Below, piece by piece: positions 36,868 to 48,000 of a stretch of DNA of 64,000 nt. A model generated the notes under the pieces. The model ran no database searches and was not told the origin of the DNA. It saw only the letters and a program-made list of their open reading frames with translations. The translations under genes and the position numbers were made by a program. Position 1 is the stretch's first letter. Each line of letters opens with the position of its first letter. Origin of the DNA: a virus. The stretch lies in the IMG/VR virus record IMGVR_UViG_3300024255_000017, positions 1-64,000 of that record; one strand, given 5' to 3'.

Positions 36868-38724
36868 ATGTCATTTTTTAGTAAAACAAGAATAAAGGCA
36901 ACAGAGTTATTCTTTGATGCATTTCAATATTTACAACGTCAGTATGACCAAGCTGGTGAGGTGTTTACTCCTGCTTCTCCATTTGGACAAATACTTACAG
37001 TGGTTGCAAACCTAGGTGAGTTAATTTTATTTTATATTGAAGCAGTAGCAACTGAGCTTAATATTAGTAGAGCTAGAAATATTGAATCAATATATGGATT
37101 ATCAAGATTAACTGGTCATGATCCTACTAGAGGTATATCTTCACAAGGTATAATTGGATTAAGATTAAACACATCTGCTGCAACTCTTGTTGAAGGGGAT
37201 TTTGTTCAAATACTAAATTACGTAGAATTAGAAGTTGGTCAAAACAACCTATCTTACTTTTTAAAATTTGATAGTGATTATATTAGATTAGAAAAAACTA
37301 CAAGATCATTTGTAAATGTACAATTAATTCAAGGTGAAAGAGAAGATCAAAAATTTACTGGTACTGGCTTAGATTTACAGAGTTACAATTTAACTACCAA
37401 AGATCCAACTGACCAATATATGGTTAGCATACATGTTGATGGTAAGCTATGGAAAAATGTAAATTCATTATATGACATGAATAACGGTGAGGAAGCTGTT
37501 ATGGTAAAAACAAGTGTAAATGGTGGAATAACAATTTTCTTTGGTAATAAGCAATTTGGAGAACCGCCTGCTTTAGGATCTATTATAAAAGTTACATATG
37601 TAAAAACTAGAGGATCTGCTGGTAATATAGGTGGTAAAAATATAGATTTAAAATTTAAAGATCCTGGTACGGATTCACAAGGGAACGAGGTTAATTTAGA
37701 TGAAGTACTATCATTAAATATTGTAAGAAATCCTATGTTCGGTTCTGATAGTGAAGATCCACAGTTTACAAGATTGATTGCACCGTATCAAAGTAATTCA
37801 TTTGTTTTAGCCAATCCTAATAATTACATTTACTATTTAAGTAAGTATGACTTCTTTTCTTTCGTAGATGCATATAATACTAAAGATGACCAGTATTTGG
37901 ATGATGACAATATTATATACTTATTTTTAATACCTGATATTGCTAAAAAGATAACAAGTGATAGAGATTATTTTAATGTTCCTGTTGAAGAGTTCACATT
38001 AACAGCAGATGAAAAAGAAATGGTATATGAAATTTTAAATGAGAGCGGTAGACAAATAGTTACAGCTGAAGTTAGAATTAATGATCCTGTAGTTAAAAGA
38101 TATGCAATGAATATTGTTATAAGATATGTGGAAGGTTTTGATAAAGACGAAATACATGCATCTATAAGAGAGCAACTTAGTACATATTTTATATACATAA
38201 ACAGAAGAGATAGAATTCCTAGATCAGATATTATTTCAATTATTGAAAATGTAGATGGTGTAGATTCTGTAAATGTATTCTTTATTTCTGAAGAGAACGA
38301 AAAAGCAATAAGAGATGGTTTTTATGAAGTACCGGTTTATGGTACAGATCCAGTAACCGATCAAAGAGTATTAATAGAAACTAATAAAATTACCATTAGA
38401 GGTGATGAAGATCCACAGTTAGGATTAGATGAGTTTGGTGATGTTGTTATTGGACCTGAGGATTTAGCAATCATAAGAGGTGGTTGGGATGATAGGAATG
38501 GATCATTCTATGAAGCAACACCTAACAAGAATGCACTAAGTTCACTTAACATATTCTTTAAAGGTACCATACCTAATAACCTTTATAATAAAACTCAGCA
38601 AGCTAAGTTTAATGATCTTAAGAGAAGTAGAGGAACTACGATTGCAACGGGAGGTAACTCAAGAAGCACTAACACTGGAAGATTACAAGATAATCCTACA
38701 TTAAAAGCAATAAGAGGAAAATAA
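36868..38724 (+). CDS. Baseplate wedge gp6/J-like protein
   Basis: ARNIESIYGLSRLTGH, ITIFFGNKQFG, YVKTRGSAGN, GSDSED. Confidence 0.8.
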   Translation: MSFFSKTRIKATELFFDAFQYLQRQYDQAGEVFTPASPFGQILTVVANLGELILFYIEAVATELNISRARNIESIYGLSRLTGHDPTRGISSQGIIGLRLNTSAATLVEGDFVQILNYVELEVGQNNLSYFLKFDSDYIRLEKTTRSFVNVQLIQGEREDQKFTGTGLDLQSYNLTTKDPTDQYMVSIHVDGKLWKNVNSLYDMNNGEEAVMVKTSVNGGITIFFGNKQFGEPPALGSIIKVTYVKTRGSAGNIGGKNIDLKFKDPGTDSQGNEVNLDEVLSLNIVRNPMFGSDSEDPQFTRLIAPYQSNSFVLANPNNYIYYLSKYDFFSFVDAYNTKDDQYLDDDNIIYLFLIPDIAKKITSDRDYFNVPVEEFTLTADEKEMVYEILNESGRQIVTAEVRINDPVVKRYAMNIVIRYVEGFDKDEIHASIREQLSTYFIYINRRDRIPRSDIISIIENVDGVDSVNVFFISEENEKAIRDGFYEVPVYGTDPVTDQRVLIETNKITIRGDEDPQLGLDEFGDVVIGPEDLAIIRGGWDDRNGSFYEATPNKNALSSLNIFFKGTIPNNLYNKTQQAKFNDLKRSRGTTIATGGNSRSTNTGRLQDNPTLKAIRGK

Positions 38725-38725
38725 T

Positions 38726-38995
38726 ATGAATATAGCCACAGAGAAAAGAACCGGTATGCCTAGTGTCTACAAAGCTACCTATGAAGAAGGCTGGGAGTTA
38801 AAAAACCTAGGTAATGACTATAATGAAAATTTAATGAGAAATTCATTTTCAAATTATATGTTTAGGAATGAAAGACTTTCAACCTTTTTAGATTCTTACT
38901 TAAAGCCTATTATGACATTTTGGATTAATAAAGTAAAATACCTTAGAATCTATTATAACTTTGGCGTGCCTAAAGATTACCAAAAAATAAATTAA
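38726..38995 (+). CDS. Hypothetical baseplate-region protein
   Basis: Tightly packed ORF. Confidence 0.75.
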   Translation: MNIATEKRTGMPSVYKATYEEGWELKNLGNDYNENLMRNSFSNYMFRNERLSTFLDSYLKPIMTFWINKVKYLRIYYNFGVPKDYQKIN

Positions 38996-38996
38996 G

Positions 38997-41900
38997 ATGG
39001 TTAATAACTGGAAACATTTAAATTTCTTTGATAAAGGTGGTAAGTATCTTAATTTTGATTATGACCCATCCGAAGATAGATGGTCAGGTACTATGTACTT
39101 ACCTGAAGTGTCTATAGGTTTATTTGAAGTTGGTCAAATTTTTATATTAGAAGAGTTTGTAAATAGAAATACTAATCTAAAGGAGTTTGGCTTTCCTCAT
39201 GGTGTTGAGGTTGCAACAGGTACTACTGGGTCTACTGGTGGAGTTTGTGAATGGACCGCTGAATGGGAAACAACAGATCCTAATGAAATATTCTTATTTC
39301 AATTTGACATGGATTTTAATACAGGTACACAGACCTCTTTAGAGATGGAAGCTGATGGTCCACCTTTAGAAATTATAACAGAATTAGAAATATCATTAAA
39401 TTCAGATCCTACTGAAACTATTGATCCTCAAGGGTATACCGTTACTGATGTAATTAACGCTGAGGCATTACAGCTCAATGTTGCAATAAGGTCAGAAAAA
39501 GAAAATACATTTAAAAGAACATTACTTATAAAGGATAGCTGCACAGATAAAATTATTGCAGAAATATTAATATATGGAGAGACTACTGGTGAAGACGAAA
39601 GATTAAGAGTTATGACTCAGAATATGGGTTATAATATTTTAGAATCAGATAGTGAAATATTTAGAAATACAAATATAAAAGAACTGCTGCCTGACTTTGA
39701 TGAGGTTAATTTGAAGAGAAAGGAAATTATGATGGAAGGTTATAATATCTATCCATTCATCGGTTCTTATAAAGGTTTAATAAATGCAATAAAGTTTTTT
39801 GGATATGATACTTTAAAAGTTAGAGAGTTCTGGAAAAACGTTGATGCTAATTCACCGATGTTTGGCAAATACATTATGAGTAATGATATTGATGTTTTTG
39901 AACCAACGGTTCAACTAAATGATAAAAAAATAACTTTACCTAATAAAAGGTTTAGAAAAACTAGTTTGTTTAGTTTAGTTTATAGAATTAATAACATTGT
40001 GCCTAATAGATTTGATGAAGAGTCATTACCTATAACTGAAGAGAATTATGATTTTACTATTGAAGAAATTTTAATTAAGTTATTTGGATTAAAGAAAAAA
40101 TTAGAAAATGAATTTTTACCACTTAATGCTAGAATTAAAGATATAACAGGTGAGGCTGATTTTTTCGGATTACTTGAAGTTGTTAATACATTAAGTAGAA
40201 ATGATAAAAGAGAAATTGTAGCAGGTATAGATACCAACTTTAAATTGTCAACTGAAGATTGTATATACATGGAGGACCTAAGATCATTTAGTTCATTCTG
40301 TCTAGCATCAGAAGGGATAGTTGATGAAGCTATTGTTAATTTTTGTAATGCTTATATTGCACCACTCTCACCGGTTAATGCAATAGGTAGAAATTTATTG
40401 TTAGGTCCAACTACACCAGGACAGGTTTACCCACCATCACCAATAGGACCGGATTTTAATGGACCTATGGGAATCCCATATGATGGAAGTAATGTTACAA
40501 TAGCAGGATTAGCTGATGCATTTTTAGCATACTTTACTAGATATGCACCAGATTTAAATAAGGTTGGAGCGTGGCCTGATGGGGAGTCTTCATACTATCT
40601 TCCAGATAAACCAGGTATACCAGTTGGTGCAATGACAATTTTAGAAAACGATTCTTTTAATAATATAACTTGGGATAATGTTGATTCTACTTGGGACCAG
40701 TTAAATGATGCCAATAAATTCTTTACATTTGATATAGATCCACAGGGTGTTGCTGCAGGCGATGTATTTACAATTAATGACCCAGACACTAACACAGGAG
40801 CTACATATACTGCTGTTCTTGGTGATACTGATACTGATGTAAGAAATGCTTTATATAATCAACTTATAGCATTGAGTAATTTATTTAACCAACCGTGGAT
40901 ATGGTGGGATATTACAAAAGAGACTGGTGTAACCGGGGATGTTCTTAGATTATTTGGTCAAAATGTAGATAGATTAAAAGTAACATGCCAATCATCATTT
41001 GGGTCTGCTTTGCTATTTAACCAATTACCAGGTGAAACGTTATTTACTTGGGATGGTATTGAACGTGGAAATTTTGAAGAAATAGAATGGACAATTTATA
41101 AGGAAGAGACTGATATTTCTCCATCATACTACAAGGTATTTAGAGGACCTCTATCACAGTATAATAAATTGCCAATAATATTACCGTATGTTGGAACATA
41201 TAGTGTAGAGATGAAGCTATTTGATCTGTATAACAATATATCATCTAATGTAAAGACTGATTTTATTTGTGTAGAAAATAGAGAGGTTGAATATTCAGGT
41301 TGGTACCAAGCAAGGAAAGCTAACTATAGCTGGAACAGCGAGGCTAAAGAAGTTTGGAATAATTATGGCTCATTATGGAATTTACCTATTACACCTAGTG
41401 TTACATGGGATGAAGAAAGTCCTAGCTTATATGAATCACTTGATAGGGTTAATGCTATTCTTAATAACTTTGGTTTAGGTGCTTCACCAGACTTTCAATT
41501 ATTGAATTACCAAGATGATGGTAAAGCTAGTTTTAGTGGCCCATACAGATGGGATAATTTAACAACGGGTGGTTGGAACGATACTTATCATTTATGGTGG
41601 GATATGACTAGTACATCTGGTGATACTCCTGCATTCTTTCAGTTTAAAGAAGTTCAACCAGAAACATATTTAAAAATTACAGCATTAAACGGAGATACAG
41701 CAGAACATTATTTTGACTCTTCTATAACTACATTAGCTGAAGCAGCCGCTGATTTAAATGTAAGTACTAATACTATTATTAATAAGTATGTATATAATGT
41801 TGTATATGACGCATCTAATAATCAGATGTTTGTACAAGCAGTTTGTAGATATTTTGGGTTACATGGAGATTTTAAAAATGTGGATATAGTATATGCAGAC

Positions 41901-42284
41901 GGTGATAATGTTTGCCCATCTACTGGAACCGGTTCACCGTGGCCAACTGGAGATGACAATTGTCCTAGTTTAATTTATAGAAAAGGACAAAGTGTAGCAA
42001 GCAACCCGACATGGAACACTGCTAAGTTTATAAATAATGGAAAGACTTTACCAAAAATGACTTGGCTTATGTTTGTTTATGATAAATGTAAGATACCTGG
42101 TAAAGGTAAGCCTAGATGGATAATTAAGAATACAACTAACTCCAGCATGGCTGATATATATTTTGAGAGTAAATACTTAACTTATTTGTTTAAGAATTCA
42201 GGGAAATATGAAATCACCCTTGAACTTACTGATACGAATGGGAATAAATATAAAAAGAATAGAAATATTCTAGTAATTAAATAA
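38997..42284 (+). CDS. Large baseplate wedge protein (gp7/gpI-like) with PKD-like C-terminus
   Basis: IGSYKGLINAIKFFGY motif; YLFKNSGKYEITLELTD. Confidence 0.6.
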   Translation: MVNNWKHLNFFDKGGKYLNFDYDPSEDRWSGTMYLPEVSIGLFEVGQIFILEEFVNRNTNLKEFGFPHGVEVATGTTGSTGGVCEWTAEWETTDPNEIFLFQFDMDFNTGTQTSLEMEADGPPLEIITELEISLNSDPTETIDPQGYTVTDVINAEALQLNVAIRSEKENTFKRTLLIKDSCTDKIIAEILIYGETTGEDERLRVMTQNMGYNILESDSEIFRNTNIKELLPDFDEVNLKRKEIMMEGYNIYPFIGSYKGLINAIKFFGYDTLKVREFWKNVDANSPMFGKYIMSNDIDVFEPTVQLNDKKITLPNKRFRKTSLFSLVYRINNIVPNRFDEESLPITEENYDFTIEEILIKLFGLKKKLENEFLPLNARIKDITGEADFFGLLEVVNTLSRNDKREIVAGIDTNFKLSTEDCIYMEDLRSFSSFCLASEGIVDEAIVNFCNAYIAPLSPVNAIGRNLLLGPTTPGQVYPPSPIGPDFNGPMGIPYDGSNVTIAGLADAFLAYFTRYAPDLNKVGAWPDGESSYYLPDKPGIPVGAMTILENDSFNNITWDNVDSTWDQLNDANKFFTFDIDPQGVAAGDVFTINDPDTNTGATYTAVLGDTDTDVRNALYNQLIALSNLFNQPWIWWDITKETGVTGDVLRLFGQNVDRLKVTCQSSFGSALLFNQLPGETLFTWDGIERGNFEEIEWTIYKEETDISPSYYKVFRGPLSQYNKLPIILPYVGTYSVEMKLFDLYNNISSNVKTDFICVENREVEYSGWYQARKANYSWNSEAKEVWNNYGSLWNLPITPSVTWDEESPSLYESLDRVNAILNNFGLGASPDFQLLNYQDDGKASFSGPYRWDNLTTGGWNDTYHLWWDMTSTSGDTPAFFQFKEVQPETYLKITALNGDTAEHYFDSSITTLAEAAADLNVSTNTIINKYVYNVVYDASNNQMFVQAVCRYFGLHGDFKNVDIVYADGDNVCPSTGTGSPWPTGDDNCPSLIYRKGQSVASNPTWNTAKFINNGKTLPKMTWLMFVYDKCKIPGKGKPRWIIKNTTNSSMADIYFESKYLTYLFKNSGKYEITLELTDTNGNKYKKNRNILVIK

Positions 42285-42293
42285 AGAAAAGAA

Positions 42294-42938
42294 ATGGCAA
42301 TTAGCGTAACAGAAATTCTTGGAACAGATTCGTTATCCGGATCCAGACTGGTATTGAATGATAACTTCAATATCTTGACCAGTGAAATTAATGCAATGGA
42401 GGTTTATTTTAATCCTACCGCAGGAACACTCAGTAATCTACAAAACGTGCAAACAGAAGCACTAAGAGTAGGTTTAAGTACTGTTCTATTAGACATTAAT
42501 GCTTCTACATTTGATGTATTAACAAATGTTAATATGACAGGTAATCTTAACCTTAATGGTGGAGGATTATTTAGAAATGATGTAGATCCACAAACATTAA
42601 ACGATGGTTTTGCAACAGGGTTACCTGGTGTAATTACTGTTGGTACAAGTACAGCAATACCACCATATACAGTGGAGAGAGTTGGAAATAGTACCGGTAC
42701 TGTAGTAACTATACAGCTTAATGATGGTGCAATTGGTCAAGAATTATTTTTTGTATACTCCGAAGCACAAACAGGATTGATCACTATCCAAGGTGCATCT
42801 ACTCCATTAGTACTACCAGGTGGTACTAAAATTGATTTAGATGCGCAAGGTAAAACTGCTCACCTACTTTGTGTAGACGATGGTACAGGAAATGGGGTTT
42901 GGTTCTTAGTAGGTGGAACTGGTTATACAATAAGTTAA
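42294..42938 (+). CDS. Short fibre/baseplate-attached protein
   Basis: N-terminal DSLSGSRLVLNDNF attachment-like motif. Confidence 0.6.
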   Translation: MAISVTEILGTDSLSGSRLVLNDNFNILTSEINAMEVYFNPTAGTLSNLQNVQTEALRVGLSTVLLDINASTFDVLTNVNMTGNLNLNGGGLFRNDVDPQTLNDGFATGLPGVITVGTSTAIPPYTVERVGNSTGTVVTIQLNDGAIGQELFFVYSEAQTGLITIQGASTPLVLPGGTKIDLDAQGKTAHLLCVDDGTGNGVWFLVGGTGYTIS

Positions 42939-42956
42939 TAAAAAGAAAAACGATAC

Positions 42957-45074
42957 ATGGCAACGACGCCTTTAATTAAAACGCCGCAGGCTGATGGGGG
43001 TACATTTTATACCTTCTCTTCATCTGCACGAGATCTCTCAAAGACCCTTAACAATGATGAGCTTAAGTTGGTCTTTTCTAAGTTTGTGCTTTTAAATATA
43101 CCGGATTTTGATAGACTAAATCCAGTAAGTTTTGATAGTTATGAAAACTATATGCAATTTGATACTATAGATGGTATGATTGCAAGTGGTGGTTTAAAGG
43201 GTGATCCTAATGTTAACTTTACCGAAAGTCTTCAGAATTACGCGCTGAACTTAGAGGAGTTAATCATTAGTGATTCATCATATGATAATACAACACAGAG
43301 ATCTGTAGCTGAAAGAGTATTCTTTAAATGGATGAAAGAAACAGGTGCAATGAGATTTAGACCTGCTACTAATTTAGAGAAAAATCCTGGAGTAACACGA
43401 CCTCTATTTGTAGAAGAAGATACAATGGAGACTGGTGATTATCAGTACAGGAGAGTTGTAAAATATGTAGGTGATATAGATATTGTAAATAATGTAGATA
43501 AAGCAGGTGAGGCTTATACTGAACTTTATATTAATGTACCGACTGAAGTAGGTGGTACTCCAACTATTTTATTTGATTCTATTTCAGATGCAAACTATCA
43601 ACCTAGTTTAAGAATACAAGGTAAAGATGAATTTATTTTAGGTCGTGGCCCAAGCACAGTACAACCACAAGGTTTAAGTATTAATGCATTTTATGATTAT
43701 GATGATCCACTACAGGGTGATCCTGCAAATGGAGGTTATACAGATCCTAATGCTAACTGGATGTTAGAACCTAATCCACCTACATCTAAAGAATCTTATT
43801 TTACTGAACCTAATACATTTACTAATACTGCTAATATTAATATAAGAAAATATCCTGCTGATTATGGTAATCCTCCAGGGTTTAACGGTTCTGCTTATGT
43901 TAGGAATCAACTAGATGGAATTTCTGTAGATTTTACACCTAATGATTATGAGCAGATTATAACAGATCCAACAATTGCAACAATACCCCAATTTAATGGA
44001 ACTGATTTAGCAAGTACATTTGAATTTAATGCCGTGTTAGTTTATTATGACATGGTAGATACTAGTAACACTGCAAATACTGTTACTAATCTTTATGGTA
44101 TTTTATTAGTGGATAATATTACACCAACAACAGATGGTGGCTATATTCAAAGATACCCTAAATATAAACCTAATAAAGTAACAGGACAGAACGGAAACAG
44201 TTATGGATTTAAAATTAATTTACGATTTGATGCTTCACCAGGAACGGCCGGTATCGACACAATCGTTAATGACTATAATACATTTTCAATGCAGCTCTTC
44301 AGTGAAGCGACTGCACAACTACAAGAATCAGCTAAAATATTCCAATCTCAACAATTAGAAATATCTGAATTAGATCAAAAGGTTCAAACTTTAGAAAATC
44401 AAATAACTAACGTAGCAGATGTCACTTCTCTACAAGCACAGATCACAAGTGTACAAAATCAATTAGATAATGCTAACTTGGCATTTGCCAACGATACTGT
44501 TTTATTAGATCTTATTGCTAAAAATTCTGATGAGATACAAGGTTTAGCAAATGGAAATGTACCGGTATCTTTACAATATAATACAGACGTGGTAAGACAG
44601 GGTACTGGTATAAGTGTAGATACTAATACACCTAATTTAATAACTGTATCATTAGCTACACAGGAATACTCGTTTGTGATTCCTTTTAATTCAAGTGAAA
44701 CTGTTATAGATACATTAAATCCATTAAATCTAAACACCGCTTTACCACAAGTGTTTACTGAATTGGTAACCTATACAAATATGTTAAGGTTGGATACGGT
44801 TAATGAAGCAGGTGGTGATTTAAATATTTACATAGATGATACTATGATACAATGGAAAACTGGTCAAACTTTTAGATTAGCATTTAATAATAATTTAAAT
44901 ATAGGATCAAGAAATATAAGACTATGGACCGATGCACCTAGTAGACTTAATACTGGTTCGTTTGGTATTTCAATGGGAGTGATTCCAAATTCTGAAATTT
45001 CCACAAAACCTATAATAGAATTTATATGTACAGAGCAAGGTATTTTAAATTTCGTGTTTGATATCATTAAATAA
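42957..45074 (+). CDS. Putative virion structural protein with coiled coil
   Basis: Structural module; heptads LQESAK...LDN. Confidence 0.6.
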   Translation: MATTPLIKTPQADGGTFYTFSSSARDLSKTLNNDELKLVFSKFVLLNIPDFDRLNPVSFDSYENYMQFDTIDGMIASGGLKGDPNVNFTESLQNYALNLEELIISDSSYDNTTQRSVAERVFFKWMKETGAMRFRPATNLEKNPGVTRPLFVEEDTMETGDYQYRRVVKYVGDIDIVNNVDKAGEAYTELYINVPTEVGGTPTILFDSISDANYQPSLRIQGKDEFILGRGPSTVQPQGLSINAFYDYDDPLQGDPANGGYTDPNANWMLEPNPPTSKESYFTEPNTFTNTANINIRKYPADYGNPPGFNGSAYVRNQLDGISVDFTPNDYEQIITDPTIATIPQFNGTDLASTFEFNAVLVYYDMVDTSNTANTVTNLYGILLVDNITPTTDGGYIQRYPKYKPNKVTGQNGNSYGFKINLRFDASPGTAGIDTIVNDYNTFSMQLFSEATAQLQESAKIFQSQQLEISELDQKVQTLENQITNVADVTSLQAQITSVQNQLDNANLAFANDTVLLDLIAKNSDEIQGLANGNVPVSLQYNTDVVRQGTGISVDTNTPNLITVSLATQEYSFVIPFNSSETVIDTLNPLNLNTALPQVFTELVTYTNMLRLDTVNEAGGDLNIYIDDTMIQWKTGQTFRLAFNNNLNIGSRNIRLWTDAPSRLNTGSFGISMGVIPNSEISTKPIIEFICTEQGILNFVFDIIK

Positions 45075-45099
45075 ATAATAAAAGAAAGAAGAAAAATAA

Positions 45100-48000
45100 A
45101 TGGCTGAAAATAATTCAATATCAACAATGCTTCCGGAGCTTCTTAGACTTTTTAATAATTCTTTAGAAAGTTTTGAGAAAGTTAATCAGGCCATAACTTC
45201 TAGTAATGAGTCGGTAACTATTAATATTCAAAACAATGACGGAACAAATTCAAGAGTAACTATTCCTAGTTTTGGTTTTCTAAAAAATTCAGTAGATAGG
45301 CTACAGAATAATATTGATACTATTACAAATGTTGGTGGTCAAAACAGTTCTATTAGATTATCTGATGGTACCTTTAGAAAATTAGTATTAGCTAAACTAC
45401 CAACAGAAGCAATAGACTTAACTTCGATTAATTCAATTGAGAATTTTAATATTAAACCTAATTGGTTTTTTGAAGAATTAATTAATCCTCTTCTTTACGT
45501 ATCATTTGATTTAACTGGGCAGGTTCCTATAGACACAGAAAGAGCAATAATCCAAAGATACATATTAAATACAAATACCCAGAGTAAGATTAACTTTTTT
45601 AATAATACTTATAACGGTAGAGCAGATATAAGTTATGATGAATTTTTACAACAAATAGTTGAACGAAATATTTCATATGTATTAGATGAGGATGTTGTAG
45701 ATTTACCACCAAGAGTTAAAAGATATACTGGAAAGTTTAGTGTACTTAGAATATCAGATGTTACTTCTACTGATGTAATAAATGGAGCTAGTGTAACAAC
45801 ACAACGCAAACAATATAAATTAAATAAGATTTTTTATACTGATGTAGAGGCTGACTTTGATGACACAGTACAGCTTTCAGTAGGAGATAGTCTTGAGGTT
45901 CTTTCTAATCCAATAAGCACAAGATATAAAGTAACTAATGTTGACTCTAGTACAAACACAGTTATTGTAGAATTAGTTGAAGGATCGGATCCAATTAGAA
46001 TAGGCGCGGATCAGTTAAAAATTGCATCTTCATTAGAAGATAATGTTCAAGTTGATGTTACAGTAGGATTCAATGAGAGGTGTATTACTTTTGTAAAACC
46101 TATTGATCCTGATTCAAAAATACCTGCAGTAAATTGGTCACCAGGTAGTGGATATTATACTAATACATTGACAACCATTAATGCTGATGGTGTTAAACAA
46201 ACATTAGCAGAGTATTACCAACAGAGTGCAATTGATTTTGGATCAATGTTACTTTCTTTTGCTGATGATAAGATACCAACAACTAGAGAAGGTATTAAAC
46301 CTAACTCTCCTATTTTAAATGATAGTGATTTTTCAGTTAAATTAATTAATGCTCAAGTGAGTGATTCATCTTCGATAGTTGAACTTACTGATCTTAATAA
46401 CCAGAAAAATACGATAGAAGCTACATTAAAAGAATTGGATGGTGCAATTGCACAAAGCAGAACTAAAATTCAAACCACTAATTATAAAACTGAAGTAGAA
46501 AGAGATGCTGATAAGAATGCATTACAAGGTTTAATTACCGAGAGATCTTCGCAAGCTGAATTATATGCATCGGTTGTTAAAGAGATTGATGCTAAAGCAA
46601 AAGATAATTCAGTATCTAGTATTACACCTAAATATAGAGCTCGTGGTTTTTGGGCGATGCCAGAAGAAAAATCTACACCGGCAACTGGTCTACAGTCAAT
46701 AGTTAAATTTAAGACTAGGTATAGATACTTATCCAGCGACGGCGCAGCAAACCCAGTTGATCAATTTACATTTAAGGATGGTTCAGGTGATACACAAGGT
46801 GCGTTTTCAAATTATAATATTGTAGAAAGTACACTAAGACCTAGAGCAAAGAGTTCTCTAACTGGTGTATACCAGTGGGTTGATATAAATACTGATAATG
46901 CAGATGCTGTTAATATTAATCAATTAGATATCCCAATAAGAAAAGGTGAGCAAGTAGAGGTTCAAGTAAAATCTATATCCGAGGCAGGATGGCCATCTAA
47001 TCCATTAGAAAGCGATTGGTCTAATTCTATAATTCTTACATTCCCAGCAGATCTTAGTTCAGATAATGCAACAGAGGCTATCATAAATCAAAATCAGCAA
47101 GATTTAGCAAAAGTAGCATTAGAACAAGATTTAAATGAAATGGGAATACAGGAACATTTAAGTTCTTCCTTTGTTGCTAATGAAACTTATTTTGCTCATT
47201 CTAGTCCGGTAATTGCATCAGGATTTTTATCGGAAAACCAAACGCCTATTGACTTATTTACAAAGTTATCACAGATGCAATCCCAATTGGATTTATTCCA
47301 AGAGTTACTTGCACAGGCACAGGGTAATTTGGTGGTTACTATAATTGATGATCAGGGTAATGTACAAAATCTAAAAAGAAATTCAGTAACAAAAATATTT
47401 GCTGGTTTCTATGCACAGGAGGTTACTAATCTTGATGATCCAAGAGGGGCTATTATATCCAAAACATTCTTTATTAACTTAGCTAATAACGAACAAACTG
47501 GTTTAAGGTTAATTTCTAGAATATCTGGTAATAGAAGCCGAATGGTTAAGCAATCAGAAAATCCTAATTATGTTGGTAATATTAGCTCTATTACAGGTGG
47601 TACTACAATATTACCTGCAACATATTCATGGTTAGATAATAGCCAAGCAAACCAAAGCAACAATCAACCAACGTTTAAATCTGATGATGCAGATTATAAT
47701 ACAGTAAGAAAATATGATCTTACTCCTATTATATTATCTAACCCTGATGTAACAGCTCAGACTAAGTATGGGCAAACTACATCATTATCACCTTTTCAAT
47801 CAACACAGAATAAAAACCAATTTATAAATAGTAGGTTTAGTGATGTTTCATCTGAAAATGATTTTTACAGTTATAGCAGACCTGGTGATGGTAAATTTAC
47901 ATTTAATTTAGATACTGCTGAAAACTTTTATGGAAGACAAAATGGAACAATGGGTACAACTTCTGGTCAGTTTATTTGGGGTGGTGGTTTTAATGAAGAT